Positions 51,699 through 62,327 of a stretch of DNA of 64,000 nucleotides are shown piece by piece. The DNA comes from Candidatus Latescibacterota bacterium (GTDB lineage: Bacteria; Latescibacterota; CBDEFO01): the NCBI GenBank assembly GCA_965237525.1, contig CBDEFO010000004.1, forward strand, positions 480,001 to 544,000. The letters are read 5' to 3'. Positions within the stretch are counted from its first letter, which is position 1. Each line of letters starts with the position of its first letter. Made by a program: the position numbers and the translations under genes. Below the pieces are notes generated by a model, which was not told where the DNA came from, did not search any database, and worked only from the letters and a program-made list of their open reading frames with translations.

Positions 51699-53590
51699 AG
51701 AAGAGTAAGGGCACATGATATACATCCACACGGGATAATTTTGTCTATATTTCGTCTATATTTAGAAGCCTTGTGAAAAACCCTTAGATTCAGAAAGTAG
51801 TATAGAACAAGCATTGATAAAGCAGCTCCGATGTATTATATTATGTTATTGATAATATTATACATGGAGGAAACAATGACCCCACAAAAGCAGGAACAGA
51901 CAAATCCGATGTTTCACTATTTTCAGATGGAGGATTTAGTTCCCGAGGATCATATCCTTCGTCAGATTGATGAGGCAGTTGATTTTTCATTTGTACGAGA
52001 CGTTGTATCAGATTGTTATTGCCCTGACAATGGCAGACCCGGTATTGATCCTGAATTAGTTGTTCGAATGATCCTTATTGGCTATCTGTATAATTTGAGT
52101 GAGAATCGGCTCTGTCAGGAAGTGGGGATGCATGCGGCATATCGGTTGTTTTGTCATCAGACATTTGAGGATGCGGTTCCGGATAGGAGCACGATGCAAC
52201 AAGCTTCGCAATCACAAGTGGGCATCCAGTGGGTTGTTTGAACGGATAATGCGTCAGGTAGTCCAGTGTTGCATAGATGTCGGTCTTGTGAGCGGTAAAC
52301 ACCTTAGTGTCGACGGCACTCAGATACAAGCTGATGCTTCAGTGAAAAGTATTGAGCCGATAGAACCCCCTGTTTCTCTTGATGATTATCTCAAGGGAAT
52401 CGGTTTTGAAGGTGATAAGACAAAGGGTAGGTCCGGGCATCCTCAGGATAAAGACTTTCATGGTGAAAAGTGGACGAACCAAACACACCGTTCGACTACA
52501 GACCCCGACGCGCGCTTATACAGCAAATCGAAGGGCAAAGGGGCTTTTCTCTCGTTTATGGGCCATGATCTGATCGACACAAAAAGCAGAGTAATCCTTG
52601 AGACTCAGGGCACGCAGGCGACAGGGACAGCAGAGCCCGAAAGTGCCCTTAAGATGGTAGATGACCTTGAAACATACACCATGCCCAAAGACATTCAGAC
52701 ACTTAGTGCCGATACCGGTTACGGTTCTGGTAATTTTATCGCTGATGTACTTGACCGGGGAATCATACCCCATATTCCTCTGCGAGCCGATGAGAAGATT
52801 GAACCGATTCCTACATGGAAAAACAAGACAAATCCAGCACATATTCAGGCCGAACGGGATAGAAAAGTGCGAGAGGCGAAAGCCAGAAATCATGCACGGT
52901 CTATCTCATTAACAGCTGACTACAAACTCTCCCGGAGACTCCGTAAACGCAGTGAACATATCTTTGCTGAAGCCAGGCAACAACACGGTATGGGACGAGC
53001 CCGTTACAGAGGACCAGCCTCACTGAATGAACAGTTGAATCTTGTTGCAACAGTACAGAATCTCAAGAGGCTTGTATCTTTCATAAGAAGGGGGAAAGCG
53101 TCTATGTGTGCCCTGTCTGTCAAAGACAGTGCATCCTGTTCTTCAAACAGCTCCTATTCCTTGCTGACCAGAACTCTGATAAGACTATTTTGCTTATTCC
53201 ACAGCAAAACGATACGATATGCTACTCTTTGACCCATAATCGGCGCTTCAGACGCTGCCTGGGACATAACTATTTCACAAGGCTTTTAGGTAAGGACGAA
53301 AAAAAGGGGGATAGATACCATGGAGAATCCAGTCACTTATATCGACGTCCTTGCACTTAATCCTAATCCTGTTGATGTCCGTATCAAGATGGTTCAGACT
53401 GCACAGCAATAAGCTGTCTCGTATGCTGCAAGGGCTTTTAATACAACACGCAAAAGCGTAAGAAAATGGCCCAAACGTTATCGTGAAGTCCGATCTGTAA
53501 AAAATCTTGAAAATCACACCAAAGCACCCATAAACCCTTACTGTCCGTTGCCGCAGGAGACCACAAAGCTCATCGTAAAGTTCCGACAGA
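51699..53590 (+). mobile_element. degenerate IS481-like 5' remnant interrupted by IS1182 copy 3
   Basis: 51699-51765 plus 53290-53590 align with 61147-61500. Confidence 0.75.
51766..53285 (+). mobile_element. IS1182-family IS, copy 3, transposase frameshifted by an extra G at 52196
   Basis: same TIRs; TTAG duplicated at 51762-51765 and 53286-53289; 1520 bp. Confidence 0.9.
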
Positions 53591-53725
53591 TCGATAGACT
53601 GCCGACGTTCTTCCCGGCATAATTTTGATTGACAACATAGTGCGATTTTGCTAAACTGTACTGTAGAAGATACCATATTTGATCCATAAGCTGAACGCTC
53701 CAGACAAGCCTTTTTGAAAGGAACA

Positions 53726-56629
53726 ATGGGAATGCCAGATCTATCAGATGAACTTAAAAAGAACCTGGAAGGCGAAGTCAGATTCGACAAATACTCAAGG
53801 ATGCTCTACAGCACAGATGCCAGCATATACCAGATCGAACCTATAGGAGTCGTCGTACCTAAGCATAAGGACGATGTCGTTACAGCTATGAACATCGCCA
53901 AAGACCGGAAGGTTCCGGTCCTTCCCAGAGGAGCAGGAACCAGCCTTGCAGGACAGGCCATAGGCGAGGCCGTTATCATAGATATGTCCAAATACATGGA
54001 CAAGATATTGGAATTAAATCGGGAGGAAAGATGGGTAAGAGTCCAGCCCGGAGTCGTGTTGGACGAACTGAACGCCTACCTCAAACCCTACAACCTTATG
54101 TTCGCACCCGACGTAGCCACAAGCGACAGGGCCAACATCGGAGGGATGATAGGAAACAACTCATCAGGAGCACACTCAATTATCTACGGCAAGACTGTAG
54201 ATTACACACAGGAACTCTCTGTTGTCCTGTCAAACGGCAAAGAGACTGTATTTAAGGGACTCTGTGAGGTCGAATTTGGAGAGAAAATGAGCCTTGAAGA
54301 CCTGGAGGGACACGTATATCGCGAAGTTAGAAGGATCGCACAGGAGAACAAAGAGGAAGTTTTGAGAAGTTACCCCAAGATACTAAGGAGAGTAGGGGGC
54401 TACAACCTCGACGAGTTTATAGACAAAGTCGAAGATAGGTTATGTGACAAATTCAATCTCTGCAAGATCGTTGTAGGCTCTGAAGGCACACTTGCGACAG
54501 TGGTCGAGGCCAAAATCGGTCTGGTCGAAGTGCCTCAAATGACAGCCCTTGACATAGTCCACTTTGAAACTTTGATAGATTCTATGGAAGCTGTGGAGAC
54601 GATCCTCGACTCGGCTCCTTCGGCCGTGGAACTTGTGGACAAGACCCTCTTAGATCTGGCCAAGGGGTCGCTCGAGTTCTCGAGGAGGAGAACCTTTGTG
54701 CAGGGCGACCCTGGAGCTATCCTCATCGTGGAGTTCTATGGGACATCCCAGGATGAACTGAAAGATCAACTCGACGACCTAGAAGGTCGTCTCAAGAGCA
54801 AAAATATGGGGAGCGCCTTCATTAGAGCCATAGATCCCCAAGAGCAGAGTAACGTATGGAACGTAAGAAAGGCAGGACTGGGACTCTTTATGAGCATGAA
54901 AGGCGACACAAAGCCTATTCCGTTTGTGGAGGACACCGCAGTCTCACCCGAAAAGCTCCCCGACTATGTAAGGAAATTCGATAAGATAATAGAAAAATAC
55001 GGAACCACCTCCGGTTACTACGCGCACGCCAGCGTCGGTTGTCTACACATCCGCCCTTTGATAAACCTTAAGGACAAAGAACAGATAGAGAATATCAGAT
55101 CCATAGCAGATGAGATAAGCGACTTGGTGCTAGAATTCGGAGGCTCGATGAGCGCGGAGCACGGAGACGGTCTGGCCAGAAGTTGTTGGAACCAGAAGAT
55201 GTTCGGACCGGCACTTTACGGGGCCTTCAAAGAGGTCAAAGCCGCCTTCGACCCGGACAATATCATGAACCCGGGTAAGATTGTATATGCAGAGGACATG
55301 AACGAAAACTTGAGATTCGGAGCAGATTACAAGACCATTCAGGTAGAGACATACTTCGACTTTTCAGCCGACGGCGGATTCGACCTCTCCGTGGAACTCT
55401 GCAATGGCTCGGGGGCTTGCAGAAAAAAGATAGACGGGACGATGTGCCCTTCATTTATGGCGACCAAGGAGGAAGAACACTCCACAAGAGGGAGAGCAAA
55501 CGCCCTCAGGGCTGTCCTTTCGGGCAGATTTCCCCACGAGGAGTTTACGTGCAAAAGGCTCTTTGACGTCCTCGACCTGTGCCTGGAGTGCAAAGGATGT
55601 AAAGCCGAGTGTCCCTCAAACGTTGACATGGCCAAGCTCAAATACGAATTCTTGGCCCACTACTACAAAAAGAACGGTCTCCCTTTGAGAAACAGGCTCT
55701 TCGGAAACATCGCTGCCCTGGGTCGATTTGGAAGCACCTTTGCTCCTCTTTCCAACTGGATAGCAAAGAGCTATCCCTCCAAATGGGCAATGGAGGTGCT
55801 ATTCGGAATCGATAGCAGGAGAGATCTACCTCCCTTTGCTTCAAAGACCTTCTCAAAATGGTTTGACGATGGAAAGTTCCACACGTCAGGAGAGAAGAGC
55901 CAGAAGCGGGACCTGGGCACAGTTGTACTCTTTAACGATAGCTTTATGGAGTATAACTATCCCGAAATCGGAAAAGCGGCCGTCTATCTTATGCAAAGAG
56001 CAGGTTTCAGGGTGATTCTTCCTCAAAAGGTCTGCTGTGGCAGACCCATGATATCCAAAGGAATGACAGACAAAGCCATAGAAAACGCCGAGTACAACGT
56101 CTCCAGTCTCTACGACTACGTCCAGAAGGGCTACAAGATAGTCGGATGTGAACCCAGTTGCGTCTCAGTCATAAGGGACGACTATCTGGACCTTGTAAAG
56201 GACCAAAAGGCCAAAGAGGTCGCTCGGAACACCTATATGATAGAGGATTTCCTCAAACTCCTGGTGGATGAAGGGGAACTCGACATTGAATTCAAAGACA
56301 TAAAGAAAAAGATACTCCTCCATGGACATTGCCACCAGAAGGCCCTCATCGGATCAGGGCCCTCCATAGAAGTCCTAAGTCTTCCTCCCGGATATGAAGT
56401 ATTGGACGCCAACTCCGGCTGCTGCGGTATGGCAGGCTCCTTCGGCTACGAGAAGGAGCACTACGACATTTCAATGAAAATTGGGGACTTGGATCTCTTC
56501 AAGACTATCGGCCAGACGCCTCCTGATTTCGAAATAGCTGCGTCCGGAATGTCCTGCCGCCATCAGATAGAGGATGGAACGGGAAGAAAAGCCAGACACC
56601 CTGTGGAAATATTGGCAGATGCGCTGTAA
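53726..56629 (+). CDS. FAD-linked oxidase / Fe-S fusion (GlcD-GlcF or YdiJ-like D-2-hydroxyacid dehydrogenase)
   Basis: PRGAGTSLAGQ, GSEGTL, AEHGDG, MNPGK, CLECKGCKAECP, CCG motifs. Confidence 0.9.
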   Translation: MGMPDLSDELKKNLEGEVRFDKYSRMLYSTDASIYQIEPIGVVVPKHKDDVVTAMNIAKDRKVPVLPRGAGTSLAGQAIGEAVIIDMSKYMDKILELNREERWVRVQPGVVLDELNAYLKPYNLMFAPDVATSDRANIGGMIGNNSSGAHSIIYGKTVDYTQELSVVLSNGKETVFKGLCEVEFGEKMSLEDLEGHVYREVRRIAQENKEEVLRSYPKILRRVGGYNLDEFIDKVEDRLCDKFNLCKIVVGSEGTLATVVEAKIGLVEVPQMTALDIVHFETLIDSMEAVETILDSAPSAVELVDKTLLDLAKGSLEFSRRRTFVQGDPGAILIVEFYGTSQDELKDQLDDLEGRLKSKNMGSAFIRAIDPQEQSNVWNVRKAGLGLFMSMKGDTKPIPFVEDTAVSPEKLPDYVRKFDKIIEKYGTTSGYYAHASVGCLHIRPLINLKDKEQIENIRSIADEISDLVLEFGGSMSAEHGDGLARSCWNQKMFGPALYGAFKEVKAAFDPDNIMNPGKIVYAEDMNENLRFGADYKTIQVETYFDFSADGGFDLSVELCNGSGACRKKIDGTMCPSFMATKEEEHSTRGRANALRAVLSGRFPHEEFTCKRLFDVLDLCLECKGCKAECPSNVDMAKLKYEFLAHYYKKNGLPLRNRLFGNIAALGRFGSTFAPLSNWIAKSYPSKWAMEVLFGIDSRRDLPPFASKTFSKWFDDGKFHTSGEKSQKRDLGTVVLFNDSFMEYNYPEIGKAAVYLMQRAGFRVILPQKVCCGRPMISKGMTDKAIENAEYNVSSLYDYVQKGYKIVGCEPSCVSVIRDDYLDLVKDQKAKEVARNTYMIEDFLKLLVDEGELDIEFKDIKKKILLHGHCHQKALIGSGPSIEVLSLPPGYEVLDANSGCCGMAGSFGYEKEHYDISMKIGDLDLFKTIGQTPPDFEIAASGMSCRHQIEDGTGRKARHPVEILADAL

Positions 56630-56699
56630 AGGCAGTAGGGGCAGATCCACCTGTCTGTCCCGAGACTACAATTAACTGGGCGAACACACGGGTTCGCCC

Positions 56700-57806
56700 C
56701 TATTTACATATAGAGAACCTACCTATTTCCTGACCCAGCTTACTTAATCTCATAAAACCTGAGCGGATAAGCTTGACTTCCACTCTATTTTCAATTGGAC
56801 TCTTTACCCAAAGCCGTCCCTCTTCAAAATCGATTTCCTCAATTATGCCCACGGCCAACGTTCGATCGTGTCCGTCGTTGAGTCCCACAATGAGACCTTC
56901 AAGATCGCTCTTACCAACGATGCATATGCTCTGGCCAAACCGGGCCTCTATGCGATATATCTCATCTTTCGAATAATCCGAAGATACGACAATAAAAAGA
57001 CATCGTACATCTTTCTCAGCGTAGACTACGCGAGTATCTAGTGTATCTGATAGAAAATTCAGATCGTTCGCTGAAAGTCCGCCTCCAAATGACAGAGGTG
57101 TCCCCGTAATCTGAACCTCCTTTCTTTCAAACTCCACAGTCCTGGCGTCCTTGAAATACCTCCCAAACTTCCCCTCTCTGTGAGCCTTCCTCCTCTCCAT
57201 CGACCTTTTTGAGACATCAGGAGAAACCGAAAGCCTTATGATCTTCATATCCCCCCTTTTGTCGTAGGGACGCAAGATATGTTCGACTTCATCCTCCCTT
57301 TGAAAAGCTACGATATAGTCAGGGGACAGCATGTCGATCTTATGAGACTTCAGCCGCATTGCATGGTCACCCCAGACCAGACCAGTCGTATCCAGGAGGA
57401 TCGCATCCGCCCCCATCTTTAGGGCCTCATCTGAAAGTCTCCGCAGTCCTGACACAATCTCCAAGGTGTGTCCCAGAGGAGAGGTATCACCCACAAAATA
57501 AGAGACATCTGGCTTTATATCGGACATATCCCCCGAAATACGTACGATGAATGCAAGACTTACCGTAGTCGGGAGCCATACCGTCTTTTGACCTATATCT
57601 GCATCTATGTAAGCTATCCTTAACCCTTCAGAATACGACCTTTCAATCAGGAACTTCGCAAAGGTAGTCTTGCCCACATCTGTCGCGCCCAAGAGCATTG
57701 TCAATCCGCCCGGAGTAGAGTCCTTGCAGACCGCCGTTCGAGCTTTTGACAGGATCTCTTCAGCAGTTCTGTTCCATTCTGGGGGATATTGCATCTTCGG
57801 ATTCAT
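56700..57806 (-). CDS. Clp1/Grc3-family polynucleotide 5'-kinase
   Basis: GATDVGKTT, DADIGQ, DTTG and RSMERRKAHRE lid. Confidence 0.8.
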   Translation of the reverse strand: MNPKMQYPPEWNRTAEEILSKARTAVCKDSTPGGLTMLLGATDVGKTTFAKFLIERSYSEGLRIAYIDADIGQKTVWLPTTVSLAFIVRISGDMSDIKPDVSYFVGDTSPLGHTLEIVSGLRRLSDEALKMGADAILLDTTGLVWGDHAMRLKSHKIDMLSPDYIVAFQREDEVEHILRPYDKRGDMKIIRLSVSPDVSKRSMERRKAHREGKFGRYFKDARTVEFERKEVQITGTPLSFGGGLSANDLNFLSDTLDTRVVYAEKDVRCLFIVVSSDYSKDEIYRIEARFGQSICIVGKSDLEGLIVGLNDGHDRTLAVGIIEEIDFEEGRLWVKSPIENRVEVKLIRSGFMRLSKLGQEIGRFSICK

Positions 57807-57847
57807 TGAAAACAAGTGGACAGCCAACAGGGAGAGGTAGTCTAAGT

Positions 57848-57963
57848 GAGATTGCTTCGGGGTTTCACCCCTTGCAATGACCAAAGGTCTCATCAGATCT
57901 CATTGCAAGCAAAGCGAACCGTCATCGGACCCCCGATTCAACCGGGGCGTAGCGAAGTAATCT
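57848..57963. repeat. GTCATTGC...GAAGCAATCTC type REP; relatives at 2722-2733, 62418-62558, 62719-62788
   Basis: inverted arms GAGATTGCTTC...GCAATGAC. Confidence 0.7.
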
Positions 57964-58005
57964 AAAAGGAAGGGAGGAGATGCGCTGTCTACTATCTTTG
58001 TTTGA

Positions 58006-59289
58006 TCACACTCTTTGTATCTTAGCGCCGAGCGCTTTGAGCTTTTCGTCTATCCTTTCGTATCCTCTATCTATCTGCCCGATATTGTGCATGACGCTTG
58101 TTCCTTCGGCGCAGAGGCTGGCGATAAGGAGTCCCATTCCCGCTCTGATGTCGGGACTAACTACGGTCTCGCCGTGCAACTTGGAGGGTCCCTGTACGAC
58201 GGCTCGGTGAGGGTCGCAAAGGATTATCTTTGCCCCCATTTCGATGAGCCTGTCAACGAAGAAGAGCCTGCTTTCGTACATCTTCTCGAAGATCAAGACC
58301 GTGCCCTCAGCCTGTGTAGCGACCACGAGTGCAATGCTCATAAGATCCGGGGGGAATCCGGGCCAGGGGGCGTCGTCTATCTTGAGGATAGCCCCGTGCA
58401 GGTCGGATTCTACTTTGAGACTTTGACCTGCGGGGACAAGTATGTCGTGGCCTTTTACTTGAACCTGGATTCCGAGGCGCTTGAAGATCATCAGAGTCAT
58501 TCTCATGTGATGAGGGACAGCGCCTTTTATGAGTATCTCGCTGTCAGTGACAGAGGCAAGTCCTATGAAGCTCCCTATCTCCTGATAGTCGGATTCTACT
58601 GTGTGAGTTCCGCCGCCGAGCGAGTCTGTGCCCTCGACTGTGATGGTGTTGCTCCCTATGCCCGATATTCGGGCTCCGATCATGTTGAGGAAGCAGCAGA
58701 GTTCCTGGACGTGCGGCTCTGATGCAGCGTTCCTTATGATAGTCTCTCCTTTTGCGGTCGAAGCCGCCATAATTGTGCTCTCTGTGGCGGTGACGCTCGC
58801 CTCGTCAAGGAGAATGTCCGCTCCTTTCAGACCGTTGGGGGCCTCCATGTCGTAGAAGTAATACGAAGGCTCTATCCGAGCTCCCATCTGTCTGAGGGCG
58901 AGGATGTGGGTGTCTATCCTGCGGCGACCTATCTTATCGCCTCCGGGACGTGGAAGTCTGACTCTGCCGCATCTTGCAAGCATGGGGCCAGCTAACGTTA
59001 CGGATCCCCTGGCAAGTTCGCAAAGCTCTGGGTCTAACTCGGTGGCATCTATGCTCTTAGCCCGCACGGTGACACGGTTTTGCTCTTTCCGAAAAGATAC
59101 CTCCACGCCTATCTTTTGGAGAATAGATATTATAGTCCCAACGTCTCTTATGCGGGGAACATTGTCCAAAGTCACCTGCTCATCTGTCAGAAGGCAGGCG
59201 GCCAAGATAGGCTGTGCCGAGTTTTTGTTCCCGCTGGGAACCACAGTTCCCTTCAGGGAATGGCCACCCTCTACTATGAGCCTTTGCAT
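58006..59289 (-). CDS. murA: UDP-N-acetylglucosamine 1-carboxyvinyltransferase
   Basis: [38 protein letters not shown]. Confidence 0.95.
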   Translation of the reverse strand: MQRLIVEGGHSLKGTVVPSGNKNSAQPILAACLLTDEQVTLDNVPRIRDVGTIISILQKIGVEVSFRKEQNRVTVRAKSIDATELDPELCELARGSVTLAGPMLARCGRVRLPRPGGDKIGRRRIDTHILALRQMGARIEPSYYFYDMEAPNGLKGADILLDEASVTATESTIMAASTAKGETIIRNAASEPHVQELCCFLNMIGARISGIGSNTITVEGTDSLGGGTHTVESDYQEIGSFIGLASVTDSEILIKGAVPHHMRMTLMIFKRLGIQVQVKGHDILVPAGQSLKVESDLHGAILKIDDAPWPGFPPDLMSIALVVATQAEGTVLIFEKMYESRLFFVDRLIEMGAKIILCDPHRAVVQGPSKLHGETVVSPDIRAGMGLLIASLCAEGTSVMHNIGQIDRGYERIDEKLKALGAKIQRV

Positions 59290-59378
59290 CTGTTCCTGTG
59301 TACGCAAACGATTTGCCCTAACGTGCGTTGTTGTATGGGCGGGTTAGTCCTGCCCCTGCATTCATGAGTTATAACAAG

Positions 59379-59672
59379 TTACTGGTTGTCGATCTCTTTG
59401 GACAACATTTCAGAAAGTCGAATAAGCCTTCCTTCCGTCGGATTTGGAGTTTGTGATTTCTTCTTTTTCTCCTGGAAGAGTTCGTCCGCTATGTTAAGAG
59501 CCGCAAAGACGGCTATCTGGAGGTCTGAGCGTCCGACGCTCTTTGCGGAGACCTCCTTCATCTTCTCGTCCACGTATTGGATGACCCTCTTTGCGTACTC
59601 TTCAGATTCCGATGTACTTATAGAGTAAGACACGCCGTATATGTTTAGTTCGACCGTTCTGTCCTGTGTCAT
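59379..59672 (-). CDS. zapA: cell division protein ZapA
   Basis: IYGVSY, YVDEKM, AVFAALNIADE. Confidence 0.9.
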   Translation of the reverse strand: MTQDRTVELNIYGVSYSISTSESEEYAKRVIQYVDEKMKEVSAKSVGRSDLQIAVFAALNIADELFQEKKKKSQTPNPTEGRLIRLSEMLSKEIDNQ

Positions 59673-61042
59673 CTTAATTTTCTCAGTCTATCTTTGATGC
59701 TTTTGCACAAAAGTTCGGCTTTTTTTCTTTGTGGGGCTTCGGATATGAGGCGGAGCACAGGTTCGGTATTTGATGCTCTGACGTGGAGCCACCAATCTGG
59801 TCCCATAACCTTAACCCCGTCTGTGTGATCCATGTGTTCTTTGGAATAGATCTGCTTTACTAAATGGAGCGCCTCCGATGGTTCTTTGGTCCCAAGATCC
59901 AGTTTTTGTTTGAGCATAACGTACTTCGGGATGGAAGATGCAAGATCTGAGAGAGTCTTTTCAGATTGGGCTAAATAGCTCAAAATTAACGCCGTGCCCA
60001 GAGGAGCGTCTCTCCCCAGATGAAGTGCAGGGAGCATAACACCTCCGTTGCCCTCACCTCCTACGACGGCATCTACCGTTTGCATCTTTTTTGCCACGTT
60101 GAGCTCTCCGACGGCTGATCTGTGCACCTTTGTGCCTAATTCAGCGGCAATATCGTCTAACATGCGGCTCGTAGATAGATTGGCGACCACTGGACCTTTC
60201 TTCTTTGTCAATACAAATTTTACACAGAGAGCTAACGTATATTCTTCGCCGATAGCCTCCCCCTTTTCCGATACAATGGAGAGTCGGTCGGCGTCAGGAT
60301 CGTTCGCAAATCCCACATCTGCACCATATTCTCCCACGGCTGTAGAGAGTTGTCCAAGACTCTCAGGAACAGGTTCGGGATCGTGAAGGAAGATCCCATC
60401 AGGCTTTGAGTTCAGTTCGATCACTTCGCATCCGAGATGTCTCAGAAGGAGTGGGCTTATAAGGGAACCTGCCCCGTTGCAGCAGTCTATCGCTACTTTG
60501 AACCTTCTCTCTCTTATCTTCTGAACATCCACAAGATCGAGTGAGAGTATTTTATAGATGTGTTCTTTTATGAAGCAGCTGGCAGCTTTGACGTGCCCTA
60601 CTTTTTCCCAGTCCGGGGGAGGAACCTGGTATTTTTGGAAGAGATCTGCAAGTCTTCTGCCTTTTTCTTTATCCCCGATTGAATCTATCGGGGATAAGAA
60701 TATGCCGTCTGGACCTATGAATTTGAGTCCGTTCCACTCGGGGGGATTATGACTTGCAGTTACCGCTATTCCTCCCTGGAAGTCACCGTCCTTAACGGCC
60801 AACTGAATTGTGGGGGTGGGACAAACTCCTGCATCTGTTGCGTCTGATCCTGTCCAGAGGAGGCCCGATATAGCGGCATATCTGAGCATATCTCCCGACG
60901 TCCTGGTATCCCCTCCCACCAGCACGTTTCCTCCCTCACAGATCTTTCCGAAGCCGGCGGACATCTCAAGAACATCCTTGGGAGATAGCCCCTGTCCTAC
61001 TATGCCTCTTACACCTGAGACTCCTATGATGACCTTTTCCAT
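59669..61042 (-). CDS. glmM: phosphoglucosamine mutase / phosphohexomutase
   Basis: GVSGVRG, TASHNP, DPDADR, GEGNGG, RASNTEP. Confidence 0.85.
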   Translation of the reverse strand: MEKVIIGVSGVRGIVGQGLSPKDVLEMSAGFGKICEGGNVLVGGDTRTSGDMLRYAAISGLLWTGSDATDAGVCPTPTIQLAVKDGDFQGGIAVTASHNPPEWNGLKFIGPDGIFLSPIDSIGDKEKGRRLADLFQKYQVPPPDWEKVGHVKAASCFIKEHIYKILSLDLVDVQKIRERRFKVAIDCCNGAGSLISPLLLRHLGCEVIELNSKPDGIFLHDPEPVPESLGQLSTAVGEYGADVGFANDPDADRLSIVSEKGEAIGEEYTLALCVKFVLTKKKGPVVANLSTSRMLDDIAAELGTKVHRSAVGELNVAKKMQTVDAVVGGEGNGGVMLPALHLGRDAPLGTALILSYLAQSEKTLSDLASSIPKYVMLKQKLDLGTKEPSEALHLVKQIYSKEHMDHTDGVKVMGPDWWLHVRASNTEPVLRLISEAPQRKKAELLCKSIKDRLRKLR

Positions 61043-61099
61043 AGTCTGATAGTGCTAAGAGAAGGAGATTGAAAGGTCCGATATTTTCTGCTTTGGATC

Positions 61100-61128
61100 A
61101 ATATATGTCCCTGAAGGACTATTGTCAA
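61100..61128 (-). promoter_or_regulatory. sigma70 promoter for glmM-zapA-murA
   Basis: TTGACA-17-TATATT. Confidence 0.65.
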
Positions 61129-61146
61129 TAGCATTCTGATAGTTCT

Positions 61147-62327
61147 AGAAGAGTAAAGACACATGGTATCCACCCTCACGGGATAATTTTGCCTATATTT
61201 AGGTGAGGACTGAAAAAAGGAGGGTAGATTCCATGGAGAATGCTATCAGTTACAGTAATGTTCTTGTTCTTAATCCTAATCCTGTTGATCTTCGTATCAA
61301 GATGGTTCAGACTGCTCAGCTATACGGTGTCTCGTATGCTGCAAGGGCTTTTAATACAACACGCAAGAGCATAAGAAAATGGCTGAAACGTTATCTTGAA
61401 GACCGATTCTTGAAGAGTCTAGAAAATCACACCAAAGCACCCATAAACCCTCACTGTTTGTTACCGGAGGAGATCAGAAAGCTGATTGTAAAGTTCCGAC
61501 AGACCCATCCTCCTTTGGGATATCCGTATCTATTGGGTTTTCTCCAAAAACAAAATGTTCCAACTGATCAAATTCCCTTCAAGCCGACTGCCTATGCTAT
61601 CTGGAAAAAAACAATCTCATAAAGAAACGCAGGCGAAGATGGAAGAGAAAGAAACTTGTCTGCCAGTGGAAAAAGAAACTACGCCCCTTTGAACATATCC
61701 AGATCGATGTCAAACACCTGTGCGATATCCCCAACTACCTGAAACAACACTACAAAACAGGTGCCCAACTCCCTATGTTTGAGTATACTGCCAGAGATAT
61801 CAAGACAGGCGGTCTCTTTGTAAGCCTGGCAGACGAACAGAGCCTGATCAACTCCTGCATCTTGGCCGAAGCATTACTCCAACACCTGGAAGACCACAAG
61901 GTCTATCCACGAAAGATCCAAACCGACAACGGCAGCCAATTCGTCAATACAAAGGATGCCCTCAAAAAGACCCTCTTTACCGACCTCATCCAACAAAGAG
62001 GCATAGAACATAAACGCATCCCACCAGGGGCTACTACATACCAATCCGATGTAGAACGCGCCCACGGCCTAATCGAATATGAATTCTACGACACCATCAA
62101 GACTACCAACCGTGCCAACCTCTGCCGGAAACTCCAGACTTATCAATGGCTGTTCAATACCCAAAGACATAATAGCTACAAAGAATCCAAAACCCCTCTC
62201 CAGATAGCAACCGAACATACACCCACAGAAAACCTCGACCCTCAACTTTTTAACTTCCCAATCTTGATTCTTGACTCTCTTCTCTCTATCTTTATCAAGG
62301 GTGGATACCATGTGCCTTTACCCGACA
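61147..62327 (+). mobile_element. IS481-like element, transposase split at an A7 run (~61604-61611)
   Basis: IR GTAAAG(A/G)CACATGGTATCCACCC; 14-bp DR ATTCTGATAGTTCT at 61133-61146 and 62328-62341; QIDVK, TDNGSQF and VERAHG rve motifs. Confidence 0.8.

Noticed and set aside
59290..59378. 6S RNA downstream of zapA
   Set aside because: The gap is under 100 bp and holds only a REP-like hairpin.
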